Below, one piece after another: positions 28,878-39,375 of a DNA stretch of 64,000 bases. Position 1 is the first letter of the stretch. Each line of letters starts with the position of its first letter. Below the pieces are notes generated by a model, which worked only from the letters and a program-made list of their open reading frames with translations, had not been told where the DNA came from and did no database searches. The position numbers and the translations under genes were made by a program. This stretch comes from Acidobacteriota bacterium (lineage in GTDB: Bacteria > Acidobacteriota > Blastocatellia > Pyrinomonadales > Pyrinomonadaceae): positions 1,815 through 65,814 of the forward strand of contig JBKPMX010000013.1 in NCBI GenBank assembly GCA_046765655.1, in the 5' to 3' direction.

Positions 28878-31343
28878 ATGATAGACCCACTTATCAAAGA
28901 TCTTCGCTACGCAGCCCGCAATCTGGCGAAACGTCCAGGCTTTACTCTCGTCGTTGTACTCACGCTCGCGTTGGGAATCGGCATTAACACAACTGTTTTT
29001 AGCCTGGCGAATTCGGTGTTTCTACGACAGCTGCCGGTGGCTTCTCCGCAAAATCTCGTCTGGATATTCTCAAATGATCAGAATCCAAGTTCCTATCCGG
29101 AGTATGTGGAGTATCAGCAGGAAACGGACCTCTTCGATGGGGTGCTGGCTTACGAATGGGTGGCCTTGAATCTCGGAACCAACTATCAAGCTGAACGCGT
29201 TGAAGGCGCACTCGTCTCGGGCAATTATTTCGATGTTTTAGGCGTGAAAGCCGAATTGGGCCGCACATTCCTGCCAGACGAAGATAAGACTCCGGGTGCC
29301 TTCCCGGTTGCCGTCATTAGTCATAACTTGTGGCAACGGCGATTGAACGGCGACGCAAATGTGGTTGGCAAGTCGTTGGTACTTAACGGACACACATTCA
29401 CGATTGTGGGTGTTACACAAGGGGATTTTGTCGGCGCTGAAGAAGCTTTCCCACGGCAGATCTGGATTCCCCTCATGATGCGGTCGACTGTTAGGCCAGG
29501 TCCCGCCAATGTAAGTAATGCCCCAAACCCTCTCGCCAATAGAAACGCACGCACACTCGATGTTATGGCGCGCTTGAAACACGGCGTAACGTTACGCCAA
29601 GCGCAAGTGAAGATGAGTGTAGTGGCAAGTCGACTCGCGCAGAGTTATCCCGACTCGAATCGTAACTTCCAAATTGCTCTCTATGCAGCAGGCAATGGCC
29701 GGCCAGCTTTTCGAGCAATGTTAAAGCCGGTCACTCAAATACTGCTCGCAGTCGTCGGACTGGTGTTGTTGATTGCGTGCGCAAACGTCGCGAACCTTTT
29801 GCTTGCGCGTGCCACTCGACGCCGCAAGGAAGTTGCGATTCGCTTGTCTCTTGGAGCCACTCGGACTCGCTTAATAAGGCAACTACTCACCGAGAGTATT
29901 TTGCTTGCGTTGGCGGGTGGCCTAGTGGGTTTGATTCTCAACCTGCAGCTCATCAATTTGTTAACAGCACTCAAGCCGGCGGTTCCGTTACCTGTCAATG
30001 TTGAGTTTCACTTTGATTGGCGTGTGCTGAGTTTCACACTGCTAGTTTCGGTTGTTGCAGGAATTATTTTCGGACTCGTTCCCGCACTGCAGGCTTCAAA
30101 GCATGAACTGGTGCCGGCGCTAAAGGATCAATCACGACACCTTGGCGATCGGCGCAGTATTTTTACATTGCGTAATGCGCTCGTGATTGGTCAGGTATCG
30201 CTGTCCATAGTCGTTCTGATCGGCGCGGGACTGTTTCTGCGCAGCCTGAATCATGCCCGAGCAATCAATCCAGGCTTTGATGCAGAACATATCCTTACGC
30301 TGTCGTTCAACACAGCCGCGCAAAAGTACGATGCGACTAAGGCCAGCCAGTTCTATCAGCAATTAACTGGTCGAGTTCAAGCGCTACCAGGTGTTCAGAA
30401 CGTCAGCATCGCGCAGTCGGCGCCACTTAGCTATTTCTATTCGCCCGCATTTGCATCTCCCGTTGTTGTAGAAGGGTACGAACCACCTGCCGGAGAAAAC
30501 CTACCGCCGGTCGGCAACAACACTATTGGACCAAACTTTTTTAGAACCCTGGGTGTTCCGATGCTCAGTGGCCGCGAGTTTACCGATCAAGATCGTGAAG
30601 GTGCGCCTCGGGTAGCAATCGTCAACGAAACTCTGGTGCGCAATCTCTTTCCAAATAGAAACCCAATCGGACAGCGGCTGCGCGTGCTAACCAGGCAGCC
30701 GTCATCCTGGGAGATCATTGGGGTGGTTAAAGACAGTAAGTACAGGTCCTTGGGTGAAGACCCGACGCCCTACATCTTCCTGCCTTACTCGCAAAATCCA
30801 CAGCCGGTAATGTCCCTTCACGTGCGCACTAATGGAAATCCAAAAGATCTAGCCGCAGCAGTTCGCCAAGAAGTGCATGCGCTTGATCCGAATCTTCCAG
30901 CGTTCAACGTCATGTCGCTTGCTGAAAACATCGACATCTCTTTGTTTCCAGCTCGTTTTGGCGCGGTGCTGCTTGGTGTTTTCGGTTCTCTGGCATTGTT
31001 GATTGCGAGTATCGGCATCTACGGCGTCATGAGTTACGGAGTAAGCGAGCGGACTCATGAAATGGGAATTCGCATGGCACTTGGAGCCCGAATGAGCGAC
31101 GTCTTGCGGTTGGTGATTTCTCAGGGAATGTGGCTCGCGACTATCGGTGTCGTCATCGGGGCCGGATTGGCACTGGTGGCAACTCGTGTTGTGAAGAGCT
31201 ATCTCTACGACGTCAGTCCCACTGATCCACTGACGTTTGCCGGCATTGCAATTCTTTTGATTGGTGTCGCGCTGTTGGCTTGTTACATCCCGGCACGACG
31301 AGCAACGAAAGTCGATCCGCTCGTGGCGCTTCGATACGAATGA
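28878..31343 (+). CDS. ADOP-family duplicated orphan permease (member 12)
   Basis: [22 protein letters not shown], starting only 12 nt after the previous stop. KEVAIRLSLGATRTR / [15 protein letters not shown]. Tail [17 protein letters not shown]. Confidence 0.88.
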   Translation: MIDPLIKDLRYAARNLAKRPGFTLVVVLTLALGIGINTTVFSLANSVFLRQLPVASPQNLVWIFSNDQNPSSYPEYVEYQQETDLFDGVLAYEWVALNLGTNYQAERVEGALVSGNYFDVLGVKAELGRTFLPDEDKTPGAFPVAVISHNLWQRRLNGDANVVGKSLVLNGHTFTIVGVTQGDFVGAEEAFPRQIWIPLMMRSTVRPGPANVSNAPNPLANRNARTLDVMARLKHGVTLRQAQVKMSVVASRLAQSYPDSNRNFQIALYAAGNGRPAFRAMLKPVTQILLAVVGLVLLIACANVANLLLARATRRRKEVAIRLSLGATRTRLIRQLLTESILLALAGGLVGLILNLQLINLLTALKPAVPLPVNVEFHFDWRVLSFTLLVSVVAGIIFGLVPALQASKHELVPALKDQSRHLGDRRSIFTLRNALVIGQVSLSIVVLIGAGLFLRSLNHARAINPGFDAEHILTLSFNTAAQKYDATKASQFYQQLTGRVQALPGVQNVSIAQSAPLSYFYSPAFASPVVVEGYEPPAGENLPPVGNNTIGPNFFRTLGVPMLSGREFTDQDREGAPRVAIVNETLVRNLFPNRNPIGQRLRVLTRQPSSWEIIGVVKDSKYRSLGEDPTPYIFLPYSQNPQPVMSLHVRTNGNPKDLAAAVRQEVHALDPNLPAFNVMSLAENIDISLFPARFGAVLLGVFGSLALLIASIGIYGVMSYGVSERTHEMGIRMALGARMSDVLRLVISQGMWLATIGVVIGAGLALVATRVVKSYLYDVSPTDPLTFAGIAILLIGVALLACYIPARRATKVDPLVALRYE

Positions 31344-31368
31344 TGATTTCAGGCGCTGGTTGAAAAAG

Positions 31369-31475
31369 AATCATTGGTCATTTGAGATTTGATAATTCAG
31401 ATTTGAGATTTGCCGCTGGCAATGAGAGACGTAAATCTCAAATCTCAAATGTCAAATCTCCAATCACCAATGATT
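31369..31475. repeat. spacer hairpin, family F copy 1 (ATTTGAG / CTCAAAT heptad arms)
   Basis: aatcattggtcatttgagatttgataattcagatttgagatttg ... aaatctcaaatctcaaatgtcaaatctccaatcaccaatgatt. The termini aatcattgg / ccaatgatt are shared with 33996-34152. Confidence 0.85.
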
Positions 31476-31500
31476 GCAACCGGACCAAAGGCCAAGGATC

Positions 31501-33966
31501 ATGGACGCAATACTTAAAGATCTTCGCTACGCAGCGCGAACCCTTTTAAAGAGTCCGGGGTTCACACTCGTCGCAGTGATCACGCTTGCGCTTGGTATCG
31601 GCGCCAACACCGCCATCTTCAGCGTGCTCAATGGGGTGTTGCTTCGTCCACTACCGTATCCAAAATCTGACGATCTCGTGTTCTTAAGTGAACGAGACCA
31701 ACAGATGAAGCGCCTCTTCATTGCGTGGCCCAACTATCTCGATTGGCGTGCACAGAATCAGGTTTTTGAAAGCATCGGTGCCTACAATCGCGATAGCTAC
31801 AACCTCGTAGGCGCAGGCGAGGCGCAACGTCTGTTAGCGGGCCAGGTTTCAGCCGACCTGTTTCCTACACTTCGAGTCAATCCTGTGTTGGGCCGTCTCT
31901 TTCATCATGATGAAGATCAGCCTGGTGGTCCACTCGTTGTAATTTTGAGTTATGGGTTGTGGCAACGAACGTTTGGCGGCGACGAAAGCATTATCAATCG
32001 AGCAATAACTCTTAACAACCAACCTTACTCGGTTATCGGCGTGATGCCACCGGGTTTCGACTTTCCCGCGCGCGCCGATATCTGGGTTTCGGCAGGTCAG
32101 TTGAGTGCGAGTTGGCAGCATCGAAATAATCATCCTGGCCTATATGCTGTTGCTCGACTGAAGCAAGGCGCAACAATCGCACAAGCACGAGCAGACTTGG
32201 ATAGAATTGCCGCCTCTCTTGAAACTGAATACCAGGAAACGAATCGTGGACACGGCGTCGCCGTAACCGCTCTGCTGGAAAATACAGTAGGTGATGTCGG
32301 TAGATCCCTCTGGATCTTATTTGGCGCGGCCTTATTCGTACTGGCGGTTGCATGCACGAATGTAGCTAACCTCATGCTCATCCGCGCGGCAGCGCGCGCG
32401 CGTGAGTTCACGATTCGAACTGCTCTTGGTGCCAGCCGAGCGCGTGTTGCACGTCAACTCCTTGTCGAGAGTCTGTTGATCTCTCTAGTCGGAGGCGTGG
32501 CAGGGTTGCTAGTTGCTCGCTGGTTAACATCAGCGTTGGTTGCGTCGGCGGCGACCACCTTACCGCGCGCCGCGGAGATCGATGTCGATGGACGCGTATT
32601 GCTCTTCACCGCAGCGTGTGTGGGCATCACCGGCCTGTCGTTCGGTCTGCTCCCAGCATGGCGCGCTGGGCGATCGATTCCTCAACAGGCTCTTACAGAA
32701 TCTGGCCGCGGCTCTGGTTCTCCGAAGAGACGAGCACAAAACGTGTTCGCCATCTGCCAGATGGCTTTGGCCCTGATTCTTCTGGTAGGTGCTGGATTGC
32801 TACTGCGGAGTTTTTATCAGCTCAGTCAGGTTAATCCAGGCTTCGGTCACCACAACGTGCTTTCGTTTACTGTCTCGCTTCCACAATCGAAGTATCGAAC
32901 CATTGAACAGCGCATAGACTTTTATAGCCGGTTGCTCGAGAAGTTGAATGCGTCGCCAGGTATCAACTCAGCAAGTGTGACTTCCGGTCTTCCATTTGGC
33001 GGAAGTAGTTGGCGCACCGGTTTTGTAGCTGAAGGCCAACCATTACCAGCGCCGAATGACACGCCACAACTCGAGGCTTACGCAGTTAGTCCTGATTACT
33101 TTCGGACGATGGAGATTCCGCTTCGTGCGGGCCGGTTCTTCACTGAGCAGGACAATCGTCAGCATCTTGCAGGTCGCGACCTCAGCAAGTTCGATGACGG
33201 CGCGCGGCAAGTACTCGGCCTCAACGCGATCATTATCGACGAAGAGTTTGCAAGACGTTATTGGCCGAATGAAAACGCCGTAGGGAAACGGATACGACTC
33301 GCGCCAGTCGACCAGGGATCTCCATTCTTGACTGTGGTGGGTGTGGTTGGTCGAGTGAACATGGACCGCCTCAACGTCGCATCGAACCGTGTACAGGGCT
33401 ATCTGTCTTATCTTCAGTTTCCACTGCCGAACACAGCCGTGGTGATCAAGTCGCCGATGGACGTCACGCAGCTCGCGGCTTTGGCGCGCGCTGAAGTACA
33501 AGCTGTCGATCCACAGCAGCCGATCTTCAACATTCGTACACTGGATCGAATTCGTTATGAGTCAGTCGCACCAGAGCGTTTGAACATGATGCTCGTTAGC
33601 TCGTTTGCATTGCTGGCGCTGGTGCTGGCAGCGGTCGGTATTTACGGTGTGATCTCTTACACAGCGACGCAAAGAACGCATGAGATTGGTATTCGAATGG
33701 CGCTTGGCGCGCGCCCGCGGGATGTTTTGAATCTGGTAGCGCGGCAGGGAATCACGCTCGCGGTGATAGGCATAGGAGCTGGCCTGATTGGAGCGTTTCT
33801 GCTAACGCGAGTGATGTCTCAAATGTTGTTTCGCGTGAGCACAACTGACGCCATCACGTTTATCTCCGTCTCGTTGTTCCTGGTTCTGATTGCCGCCATT
33901 GCGTGTTACATCCCGGCACGGCGAGCAACGAAGGTCGATCCGTTGGAAGCGCTTCGATACGAATAA
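31501..33966 (+). CDS. ADOP-family duplicated orphan permease (member 13, insert-bearing subtype)
   Basis: Consensus start [21 protein letters not shown] at ATG 31501. [15 protein letters not shown] / [15 protein letters not shown]. Tail [17 protein letters not shown]. Extra segment [25 protein letters not shown] in the second periplasmic domain. Confidence 0.88.
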   Translation: MDAILKDLRYAARTLLKSPGFTLVAVITLALGIGANTAIFSVLNGVLLRPLPYPKSDDLVFLSERDQQMKRLFIAWPNYLDWRAQNQVFESIGAYNRDSYNLVGAGEAQRLLAGQVSADLFPTLRVNPVLGRLFHHDEDQPGGPLVVILSYGLWQRTFGGDESIINRAITLNNQPYSVIGVMPPGFDFPARADIWVSAGQLSASWQHRNNHPGLYAVARLKQGATIAQARADLDRIAASLETEYQETNRGHGVAVTALLENTVGDVGRSLWILFGAALFVLAVACTNVANLMLIRAAARAREFTIRTALGASRARVARQLLVESLLISLVGGVAGLLVARWLTSALVASAATTLPRAAEIDVDGRVLLFTAACVGITGLSFGLLPAWRAGRSIPQQALTESGRGSGSPKRRAQNVFAICQMALALILLVGAGLLLRSFYQLSQVNPGFGHHNVLSFTVSLPQSKYRTIEQRIDFYSRLLEKLNASPGINSASVTSGLPFGGSSWRTGFVAEGQPLPAPNDTPQLEAYAVSPDYFRTMEIPLRAGRFFTEQDNRQHLAGRDLSKFDDGARQVLGLNAIIIDEEFARRYWPNENAVGKRIRLAPVDQGSPFLTVVGVVGRVNMDRLNVASNRVQGYLSYLQFPLPNTAVVIKSPMDVTQLAALARAEVQAVDPQQPIFNIRTLDRIRYESVAPERLNMMLVSSFALLALVLAAVGIYGVISYTATQRTHEIGIRMALGARPRDVLNLVARQGITLAVIGIGAGLIGAFLLTRVMSQMLFRVSTTDAITFISVSLFLVLIAAIACYIPARRATKVDPLEALRYE

Positions 33967-33995
33967 GCGTAGCTGACGATTGTAGATTGAAAATA

Positions 33996-34152
33996 AATCA
34001 TTGGTCATTTGAGATTTGAAAATTGACATTCGAGATTTATCCCAGCTTCGACGCCGCTCTGTACCAAGTGGCTCTTGACACTCTGGAGTAGAAAACGAAG
34101 TTGGCTCACACGGGACAAATCTCAAATCTTAAATATCAAATGACAAATGATT
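33996..34152. repeat. spacer hairpin, family F copy 2 with a larger central insert
   Basis: aatcattggtcatttgagatttgaaaattgacattcgagattt ... caaatctcaaatcttaaatatcaaatgacaaatgatt. ATG at 34181. Confidence 0.8.
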
Positions 34153-34180
34153 AGTTTGACGAAATCCAAGGAATTCAATA

Positions 34181-36652
34181 ATGAACACTCTTCAAGATCT
34201 TCGCTACGCCTTCAGAAGCCTTGTTAACCGTCCTGGCTTTACATTGATTGCCGTCTTAACTCTCAGCCTCGGTATCGGCGCTAACACAGCGATCTTCAGT
34301 GTCGTAAATGCGGTTGTGCTTCGGCCTCTACCGTTTCCGAAACCCGAACAGATCGTAATTATTCGAGACGATTTAACGGGCCGGCAAATTGAAGACGTGG
34401 GTTTATCGGTTGATGAATTACACGATCTGCAGCAGCGAGCAGGAGTGTTCGAGCAAGTGTCGGCAGTTTGGCCAGTGGACGCGAATCTGACGGGATCTGA
34501 TCGGCCTGAGCGAATTGAATTGCTGGGAGTCAGCCCGAATTATTTCCGCTTACTCGGAGCGAACGCTCAACTCGGTCGCGTGTTCGGAGCAGAAGAAGAA
34601 CCGGCGAAAGGTTTTGCCGAGGGTGTCGTGATTAGCGATGGCCTTTGGAAGCGACTCTTCGCCAGCGATCCGAACATCCTTGGCCGGAAGGTTTATGCCG
34701 ATACCGACCTTTACACCATCATTGGTGTGATGCCTCCGGAATTTCGGCATCCAGGTAAAACGCTGCGTAATGACGTCGACATGTGGGCGAGTGCAGGTTA
34801 CTCAGCGAATCCGTTTGGTCCGCCGGTGCGCGCGCAACGACTTCTTCCAGGCGCCATTGGCCGTCTCAAAGACGGCGTTGACCTGAAACAAGCGCAGGCA
34901 AAGATAGATGCCCTGGTGGCGAATCTCCACAGCGAATTCCCTAAAGAATATCCAGCCGCGGCGGGTTGGTCAGTTCGTGTGTTGTCGGCTCATGAGCAGT
35001 TGGTCGGTAACGTGCAAACTATTTTATATGTAGTTCTCGGTGTTGTAGGGTTGGTATTACTCATCGCCTGCGTAAACCTGGCGAACCTCATGCTCGCGCG
35101 TTCGTCGGCGCGTCGTCGTGAAATGGCCATTCGTCTCGCGGTAGGCGCGCGTCGAGGCCGGCTGATTGCGCAGTTGCTCACAGAAAGTCTCTTGCTTGCA
35201 TTTCTTGGCGGCGCAGTGGCGTTGGCGATCATTGCCCTCACCACCGAACTAATTGTGAAGTTCTTACCATCAGACATTCCGCGTTTGAATGAAGTGGGAG
35301 TGAGTCCAGGAGTCCTGGGTTTTGTCTTTGCTGTCTCAACGATCACCGGTTTGCTCTTTGGTATTGTTCCCGCGTTGCAATCCTCTAATCCGGACGTCAT
35401 CGCTAACCTCAAAGAAGGCACACAAGGTTCTGGGTTCGGCATCCGAACCAACCGCTTTCGCAGCGGGCTCGTCATTGTTGAGTTTGCGTTGTCGTTAATA
35501 CTTATGATCGGCGCAGGCTTGCTGCTTAAGAGTTTTGCTCGCGTACTTGAAGTTGATCCGGGATTTAATCCTCAGAATGTTCTGCTCGCACGCCTGTGGT
35601 TACCCGTACCTAATAATCCAGAACTTGATCCATATAGAGATCCCGTAAAGCGAGCAGGTCTTGTAAAGGAACTGGTGCGCCGCGCCGGTGAGATTCCCGG
35701 TGTGCAGTACGCCGCCATTGGCGGAGGAAACGCTGTACCCCTGGTGGGCTCGCATAACTCTGGTGGTTTTACGATTGAAGGCGAGGCGGCAACAAACACT
35801 TCGATCCCGACCGCAAGAATTAACGTCGTATCACCTAATTACTTTCGCGCCCTGGAGACACCCCTGATCCGTGGTCGATTCTTTAATGATGGGGACGATC
35901 GCCAAGGCTCTCAGGTGGTGATCGTTGATTCAGCACTTGCGGAGCGCTACTTCGGCGCTCGTGATCCCGTGGGCTTACGAATGAAACGCGGCGGTCCCTC
36001 TGCGGACACACCCTGGATGACCGTCGTTGGAGTTGTCGGAAACATTAAGACTGATGGTTTCGACCAACCCGCTCAACCTCATCTTTATCTTCCGGCCTTT
36101 CAAAATCCTCCTTACGCAATGGCTTTGTATCTACGCGCAGATGCCGCGCCTTTGAATCTGACCGCCGCATTAAGAGAGCAGGTTAAGGCTGTTGATAAAG
36201 ATTTGCCGCTTTTCGGCGCAACAACGATGGAACATGTAGTTCGCGAATCCGTAAGCAGACGCAGATTCGCGATGCAGGTGGTGGGACTATTCGGCATCCT
36301 CGCGTTATTGCTCGCTGCTGTTGGCATCTACGGTGTCATTGCGTATTCGGTAACTCAGCGTACACGCGAGATAGGAATCCGAGTAGCGCTGGGTGCGAGC
36401 AGAACAGCGATCCTGCATTGGGTCCTTAAGCAGGGAATTTATTTGATTGCGGGTGGCATCGCTTTCGGTCTGCTGGGCGCCCTCATACTGACTCGTTTGC
36501 TAAGGACATTACTGTTTGGAGTTGGACCAACTGACGTCATGACCTATATCGCGCTTTCGGTGGTATTGACGATGGTCGCCCTGGTGGCTTGCTACATACC
36601 GGCCCGCCGGGCGACGAAAGTCGATCCGTTGGTGGCGCTTCGCTATGAATGA
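34181..36652 (+). CDS. ADOP-family duplicated orphan permease (member 14)
   Basis: [35 protein letters not shown] / [15 protein letters not shown]. Tail [17 protein letters not shown]. Confidence 0.9.
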   Translation: MNTLQDLRYAFRSLVNRPGFTLIAVLTLSLGIGANTAIFSVVNAVVLRPLPFPKPEQIVIIRDDLTGRQIEDVGLSVDELHDLQQRAGVFEQVSAVWPVDANLTGSDRPERIELLGVSPNYFRLLGANAQLGRVFGAEEEPAKGFAEGVVISDGLWKRLFASDPNILGRKVYADTDLYTIIGVMPPEFRHPGKTLRNDVDMWASAGYSANPFGPPVRAQRLLPGAIGRLKDGVDLKQAQAKIDALVANLHSEFPKEYPAAAGWSVRVLSAHEQLVGNVQTILYVVLGVVGLVLLIACVNLANLMLARSSARRREMAIRLAVGARRGRLIAQLLTESLLLAFLGGAVALAIIALTTELIVKFLPSDIPRLNEVGVSPGVLGFVFAVSTITGLLFGIVPALQSSNPDVIANLKEGTQGSGFGIRTNRFRSGLVIVEFALSLILMIGAGLLLKSFARVLEVDPGFNPQNVLLARLWLPVPNNPELDPYRDPVKRAGLVKELVRRAGEIPGVQYAAIGGGNAVPLVGSHNSGGFTIEGEAATNTSIPTARINVVSPNYFRALETPLIRGRFFNDGDDRQGSQVVIVDSALAERYFGARDPVGLRMKRGGPSADTPWMTVVGVVGNIKTDGFDQPAQPHLYLPAFQNPPYAMALYLRADAAPLNLTAALREQVKAVDKDLPLFGATTMEHVVRESVSRRRFAMQVVGLFGILALLLAAVGIYGVIAYSVTQRTREIGIRVALGASRTAILHWVLKQGIYLIAGGIAFGLLGALILTRLLRTLLFGVGPTDVMTYIALSVVLTMVALVACYIPARRATKVDPLVALRYE

Positions 36653-36654
36653 TT

Positions 36655-36780
36655 GGCCTTACGTCTTTGGTCGTAGGCCTTTGATCGCAGACCGAAGATG
36701 AAGGCCTAAGGATCAAAGACCACAAAGACCAAAGACTAAAGACTAAAAACTAAAGACTAAAGACTAAAGACTAAAGACTA
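36655..36780. repeat. spacer hairpin plus extended TAAAGAC heptad run
   Basis: Left ggccttacgtctttggtcgtaggcctttgatc. Right CAAAGAC ca CAAAGAC CAAAGAC TAAAGAC TAAAAAC TAAAGAC TAAAGAC TAAAGAC TAAAGAC (36714-36778). ATG at 36800. Confidence 0.88.
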
Positions 36781-36799
36781 TTAGCGCTCGAGGTTTGTT

Positions 36800-39250
36800 A
36801 TGTATAGCTTACTAAAAGACATTCAGTTCGCATTCCGTGGTCTGGTCAAGCGACCAGCCTTCGCCATTATCGGCGTTGTTAGTCTCGCGTTGGGCATTGG
36901 CGCCAACACCGCGATCTTCAGTCTTGTTAACACGGTCCTCTTGCGATCATTGCTCGTCGATCGCCCGGAAGAAGTCGTGGCTGTACACCTGCGAGGAAAG
37001 AACGACTCGATGGGCGCTTTCTCTTATCCGAATTACAAAGACATTCGTGATCAGAACGACGTGTTGTCTGGTGTTGTCGCCTATCGCTTCATTCCTTTGA
37101 GCGTTTCGCGTGGTGGTAACAACGAGAGAGTCTGGGGCTATCTCGTTTCCGGCAACTATTTTGATGTACTAGGTGTTCGTCCGGTTAAAGGTCGAACGTT
37201 CCAACCAGAAGAAGATCTAACTCGCAATACACATCCAGTAGCAGTGGTTAGTTACGAGTCGTGGCAAAGGAGATTCGGCGGTGATCCCAATCTCGTCGGC
37301 AGTGATGTTCTCCTCAACAGTCACCAATTCAGAGTTATTGGCATTGCTCCACCGAATTTCAAAGGAACTGAATTCATCTACACGCCCGAGATCTGGGTGC
37401 CTAGTTCGATGGCTCAATGGGCCGAGCCTGGATCGACTTATATCGACAGACGAGATTCCGGTAACTTCTTCCTCGCGGGTCGACTAAAGGCAGGTATTGG
37501 AGCAACTCAAGCTCAAGCCTCACTCAACCTCCTTGTTAACCAACTCGCCGCACAATATCCCGATTCGAATGAGGGCCAGTCGATCAAAATTGGACCAGCG
37601 GGCTTCATCATGCCCGACATCAGAAACGCTGTAGTTAGCTTCACCGCGATCCTGATGGCAGCCGTAATTTTGGTTTTGCTCGTTACGTGCGCCAACATCG
37701 CCGGTCTCATGCTCGCGCGGGCCACCGATCGGCGTCGGGAGATTGCGATTCGCCTCGCTATGGGGGCGAATCGACGTCAACTAGTTCGCCAACTGCTAAC
37801 CGAAAGCATCCTGCTCTCGTGCATTGGAGGTGCGTTGGGATTGCTGTTGGCGATTTGGATGCTCAGGTTGTTGGTTGCGTTCAAGCCCGGTGCTGAATTC
37901 CCGCTGACCCTGGATGTTCCAGTCGATTGGCGAGTGCTTCTGTTCTCAGTCGTGGTATCTGTTGTTACCGGAGCGGTCTTCGGGCTCGCGCCTGCTTTGC
38001 AAGCAACACGTCCAGGTTTGGTAACAGCTTTAAAAGAGAGCGCGGCGCAAGGCGGTGCGCGTCGGAGTCGACTCAGAAGTGTGCTCGTCGTTGTGCAAAT
38101 TGCTTTATCGCTCGTGGTGTTGATCGGCGGCGGTTTGCTTGTTCGCACACTGCAGCGCCTACAGTCAATGAATCCCGGCTTCGATCCCAGCAATGCACTG
38201 ATGATGTCGTTCGACGTGGGATTGCAGGGATACGACCAGGCACGCGGCGAACAGTTTTACCAGCAAGTGTTGGATCGAATGAATGGCCTGCCAGGTATTA
38301 AGTCTGCGGCGATCACGAGTTATGTCCCGCTAACTGTGAACTACAGCAGCAATGGTGTTTACCTCGAAGGCCAACCATCGGAACGCGGGGCCAACGTGCC
38401 GACCGCCATGGTCGGTTCGGTTGGCGCTAATTATTTTCAGACGCTCAGCACTCCGATCGTCGAAGGCCGCGAGTTCACGCCGCACGACACCCAAAAAACC
38501 GACAAGGTAGCAGTCGTTAACCAAACCTTTATTCGGCGATTCATGCCGTTCCTGCAAAACAATCGCGACGCAATTGGCCGGCGGATAAGTTTTAAGAGTG
38601 CGCAAGGTCCCTTTCTGCAGATAATCGGCATTGCTCAGGACGGTAAGTATTTCAACATTGCTGAAGACCCGCGGGCGTTTGTTTGGACACCGCTGCTCCA
38701 GGATTATTCAAACAGTGCGACGCTTGTCGTTCGCACCGATCGCGATCCGTTGTCGATGATCACAGCTGTTCGAAACGAAGTGCAGGCAATCGATCCGAAT
38801 CTGCCGATCTTTGAGGTTAAAACATTCGAAGAACACATGCGCTTCGCCCTGTTTCCGTCCCGGGTTGCGGCATCAGTGTTGGGAATATTTGGAATGATCG
38901 CGTTGCTGCTAGCGGCGATGGGAATCTACGGCATCACGTCGTACGCCGTGGCGCAGCGAACGCACGAAATTGGTATTCGGATGGCGCTGGGCGCTACGGT
39001 CAGAGACGTGTTGAAGCTGATGTTGAGTCACGGCCTGAAGCTGACGGTCATAGGAGTTTGTTTCGGATTGATTGGAGCGTACGTGGTTACTGGAGCAATC
39101 ACGAGTCTGCTCTACGGCGTGAGCGCAACTGATCCCCTGACGTTCGTCTTCGTGTCATTGATGTTGATTGGGGTTGCGCTGCTTGCGTGTTATCTGCCCG
39201 CGCGGCGCGCAACGAGAGTAGATCCGTTGGTGGCGCTCAGGTACGAGTGA
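36800..39250 (+). CDS. ADOP-family duplicated orphan permease (member 15)
   Basis: MYSLLKDIQFAFRGLVKRPAF. REIAIRLAMGANRRQ / [15 protein letters not shown]. Tail [17 protein letters not shown]. Confidence 0.9.
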   Translation: MYSLLKDIQFAFRGLVKRPAFAIIGVVSLALGIGANTAIFSLVNTVLLRSLLVDRPEEVVAVHLRGKNDSMGAFSYPNYKDIRDQNDVLSGVVAYRFIPLSVSRGGNNERVWGYLVSGNYFDVLGVRPVKGRTFQPEEDLTRNTHPVAVVSYESWQRRFGGDPNLVGSDVLLNSHQFRVIGIAPPNFKGTEFIYTPEIWVPSSMAQWAEPGSTYIDRRDSGNFFLAGRLKAGIGATQAQASLNLLVNQLAAQYPDSNEGQSIKIGPAGFIMPDIRNAVVSFTAILMAAVILVLLVTCANIAGLMLARATDRRREIAIRLAMGANRRQLVRQLLTESILLSCIGGALGLLLAIWMLRLLVAFKPGAEFPLTLDVPVDWRVLLFSVVVSVVTGAVFGLAPALQATRPGLVTALKESAAQGGARRSRLRSVLVVVQIALSLVVLIGGGLLVRTLQRLQSMNPGFDPSNALMMSFDVGLQGYDQARGEQFYQQVLDRMNGLPGIKSAAITSYVPLTVNYSSNGVYLEGQPSERGANVPTAMVGSVGANYFQTLSTPIVEGREFTPHDTQKTDKVAVVNQTFIRRFMPFLQNNRDAIGRRISFKSAQGPFLQIIGIAQDGKYFNIAEDPRAFVWTPLLQDYSNSATLVVRTDRDPLSMITAVRNEVQAIDPNLPIFEVKTFEEHMRFALFPSRVAASVLGIFGMIALLLAAMGIYGITSYAVAQRTHEIGIRMALGATVRDVLKLMLSHGLKLTVIGVCFGLIGAYVVTGAITSLLYGVSATDPLTFVFVSLMLIGVALLACYLPARRATRVDPLVALRYE

Positions 39251-39360
39251 AATCATTGTCGATTGTTGATTGCCGATTGCAAACGCCAAGCCCAAAGGGC
39301 AAAGGGCCAGAAGCTCTTGGCTCTTGCCACTTTGCTCTCAAACGGCAATCGGCAAATAAC
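39251..39360. repeat. nested spacer hairpin with heptad arms
   Basis: Outer CATTGTC GATTGTT GATTGCC GATTGC versus gcaatcggcaaataac. Inner caaagggcaaagggccagaagc versus gctcttggctcttgccactttg. ATG at 39376. Confidence 0.78.
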
Positions 39361-39375
39361 TAGAAAGGCCCTGCC

